Assembly (NCBI GenBank): GCA_036402955.1
Contig: DASWRX010000128.1
Span: 21,810 to 85,809, forward strand
Origin: Thermoanaerobaculia bacterium
Lineage (GTDB): Bacteria; Acidobacteriota; Thermoanaerobaculia; Multivoradales; UBA5704
Reading direction: 5' to 3'
Length of the DNA: 64,000 nt
In this document: one piece after another, positions 62,378 to 64,000 of the stretch
How the letters are laid out: every line of letters begins with the position of its first letter
How positions within the stretch are numbered: position 1 is the stretch's first letter
The notes under the pieces: generated by a model
What the model saw: the letters and a program-made list of their open reading frames with translations, nothing else
What the model was told of the DNA's origin: nothing
The model's database searches: none
Translations under genes and position numbers: made by a program

Positions 62378-63700
62378 TCACTGATTTCTCTGGATGCCCG
62401 GCGGGACGTACGTGTTGCTCGCGACGCTCCCCTCCGGGCCGTAGACACGGAGCATCACGTTGAACCGCCCGTCCGCGACCGGAAGCCAGTTCGCCATGGG
62501 GACTCCCGAAGGGAGCTCCGTGGCGATGTAGATCGAGATCGAGCCGTCGGGCTGGGTCTGCAGCCCCGGCTCGTAGCTGGCCACCTCGTACTTGTTCGCG
62601 GAGTTTTCAATCAGCTCGATCGAATCGGGAGTGTACGCCGTCACGGACCAGAAGCGCTGCGCCTGCGGGATCTGCCCGGCGGAAAACGTGAGGACGTAGC
62701 CCTGCTGGTTGTCGCCGTCGAGCGCGACGCCCGTCGCATCCTTGAAGGCATGGTAGTACGCCGCCGTGCTGTGCCCGTTGCCGTATTGGATGAACTCCGT
62801 GATCGACGCCCGTTCGACGACGTGGTGACCCCATGCGCCGATATTGGTGAACGTGATCCAGTTCGTCGGACCCGTATGCGTGAGATACCGGTCCAGGATC
62901 GACTCATGGGCCGCCCGAGCGCCGGCGCTGAGCTCGGACGGGTTCGCGCCGCCGTCGCCAAAGAGGCCGTTGAAATGGTCCGACAGCGCCTTTACGGCCG
63001 GCGGCATCGCCGGCGTGTTGGACGACGCGACCGCCGTCTGGAGCCCCTTCAAAAACGTGATCGGGGCTTTCGTGATCAAGGTGTCGGCAATCGTCTTGTA
63101 GGGTATGGCGAAAGCGACTTCCGGAAGGATCATCGCCGCGCCTCCGGAGGGATCGCCGACATAGCCGCTGAGCGCTTGCAGCTTCAGCGACGCCCGGAAC
63201 TGTCCGGCTTCCGACGTCTGGTCCTGGCCGCCCGAAGAGAACTTGTCGGCCCGGAAGATCAACACGGAGACGTTGAGCGGCATCGCGACCGCGGTCATCC
63301 CGGCGGGGAGCGTTCCCGTGAACCCGGGCCCGGTGAAGGCATAGGTTCCCGGCGTCGCCTTCGGGATATTCGACTGGATAATGACTCCATAGGGGTCCAG
63401 CGTGAGGATCGAGTATGTGACGGTCGTCGCAGGGATCGTCAGGACCACCGGCTCGGCCGCCAGGTTGAGGAAAGTGCTCGCGTACAGCGTGTCGACGTTG
63501 ATCGCCACCACGATCTGGTACAGGGGCGTAACCTGGTCAGGCCCGACGAGCCGGTTGTGGGTGGCGAACCGCGACTGATTGTACGTGAACCATAGCGGGT
63601 AGAATTGAGCGACGTACGCCACCGTCGTCGAGAAGGCTCCCATCCGCGAGACATTCTCCGCGGTGAGCTGTTGCTCTGGAACGTCCTGTTTTTCATTCAT
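62378..63700 (-). CDS. DUF1254/DUF1214 domain protein
   Basis: 440 aa. Pattern NVDTLYASTFLNL...LTIP (DUF1254) and FWSVTAY...NWLP...F.VMLRVYGP (DUF1214). Confidence 0.8.
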   Translation of the reverse strand: MNEKQDVPEQQLTAENVSRMGAFSTTVAYVAQFYPLWFTYNQSRFATHNRLVGPDQVTPLYQIVVAINVDTLYASTFLNLAAEPVVLTIPATTVTYSILTLDPYGVIIQSNIPKATPGTYAFTGPGFTGTLPAGMTAVAMPLNVSVLIFRADKFSSGGQDQTSEAGQFRASLKLQALSGYVGDPSGGAAMILPEVAFAIPYKTIADTLITKAPITFLKGLQTAVASSNTPAMPPAVKALSDHFNGLFGDGGANPSELSAGARAAHESILDRYLTHTGPTNWITFTNIGAWGHHVVERASITEFIQYGNGHSTAAYYHAFKDATGVALDGDNQQGYVLTFSAGQIPQAQRFWSVTAYTPDSIELIENSANKYEVASYEPGLQTQPDGSISIYIATELPSGVPMANWLPVADGRFNVMLRVYGPEGSVASNTYVPPGIQRNQ

Positions 63701-63735
63701 TGGGAGGTCCTTTCATCCGTTCTTCGACGGGAGGG

Positions 63736-63888
63736 TTAGGCCGCTGTTTCACCGAGCAGGCCTTCGTAAACGAGCAGGTCGCTCTGCGAGAAGCAGCAGA
63801 AGATGACCTCTTGGATCGCCGCGAATTCCAGCGTCGCCGCGCGTAGCGTGGTGATGTCGCCCCGCAGGGCTCGAAGTATGGCTGGCAT
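63736..63888 (-). CDS. Possible small ORF (50 aa), unsupported by homology
   Basis: My translation gives MPAILRALRGDITTLRAATLEFAAIQEVIFCCFSQSDLLVYEGLLGETAA*. It falls below the track length cutoff, has no clear SD, and no family was recognised. Confidence 0.2.
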   Translation of the reverse strand: MPAILRALRGDITTLRAATLEFAAIQEVIFCCFSQSDLLVYEGLLGETAA

Positions 63889-64000
63889 GGCGTGAGCGGC
63901 CTACGTTCCTCGCCGGGTCGCGCCGTTGGCGCTTCGTGGATTCCCGTCCGGCCCCCGCGAGGGCCGGCGTGCCCCTCGCGAATTTTCTTCGCGCCCCCGC

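Noticed and set aside
1-64000. Search for rRNA, tRNA, CRISPR arrays, transposases/integrases, prophage genes
   Set aside because: I found no cloverleaf-like or rRNA-like conserved stretches, no regularly spaced short direct repeats, and no DDE/tyrosine-recombinase-like ORFs by eye. Absence cannot be proven without tRNAscan/Infernal.

Overview
Very GC-rich (about 70% by eye) bacterial chromosomal segment, densely coding on both strands. I call about 50 protein genes. I saw no rRNA, tRNA, CRISPR array, transposase or integrase. The high GC fills the six-frame track with long antisense or off-frame ORFs (Arg/Gly/Pro/Ala-rich), which I rejected. Real genes were chosen from recognisable motifs, signal peptides, Shine-Dalgarno sequences and start/stop coupling; several track ORFs were trimmed to internal starts. 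Order of content: (1) FHA-GAF-PP2C phosphatase (partial), DUF697-type GTPase; (2) PAP2/squalene-phytoene-synthase-like fusion, O-methyltransferase, P450; (3) two tandem STAS-like paralogs; (4) radical SAM and CDGSH proteins; (5) a secreted CxxCH protein plus a frameshifted small gene; (6) RapA-like SNF2 helicase, VapBC, BlaI/BlaR1-like pair, DUF5694, cupin; (7) a compact class II lanthipeptide locus (two precursors plus LanM) next to a truncated oxidoreductase remnant; (8) YncE-like propeller, M48 peptidase, orphan YgiT zinc finger, AidB; (9) an RND pump preceded by a small secreted Cys/His-tailed protein with a candidate sigma54 promoter and palindromic sites, then an FHA-GAF sigma54 activator and a TPR Ser/Thr kinase; (10) two paralogous lipoproteins flanking an MA-clan peptidase; (11) F420-reductase-like, AlkD-like and Uma2 genes; (12) a c-di-GMP-type operon (REC-HD-GYP, PilZ-PilZ-x-methyltransferase, HK-REC-HK); (13) a Tat-signal Cys-rich protein with a double-thioredoxin partner; (14) three translationally coupled secreted paralogs of unrecognised family, two of them a near-identical tandem duplication; (15) a DUF1254/DUF1214 protein. 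Best-supported notable system: the minimal lanA-lanA-lanM locus. Most opaque candidates for something new: the three-gene secreted paralog array (56218-62347), the sigma54/FHA/kinase-linked Cys-tailed peptide plus RND module, and the PilZ-methyltransferase operon. A lineage guess (Acidobacteriota-like Gram-negative) is inference from gene content only.
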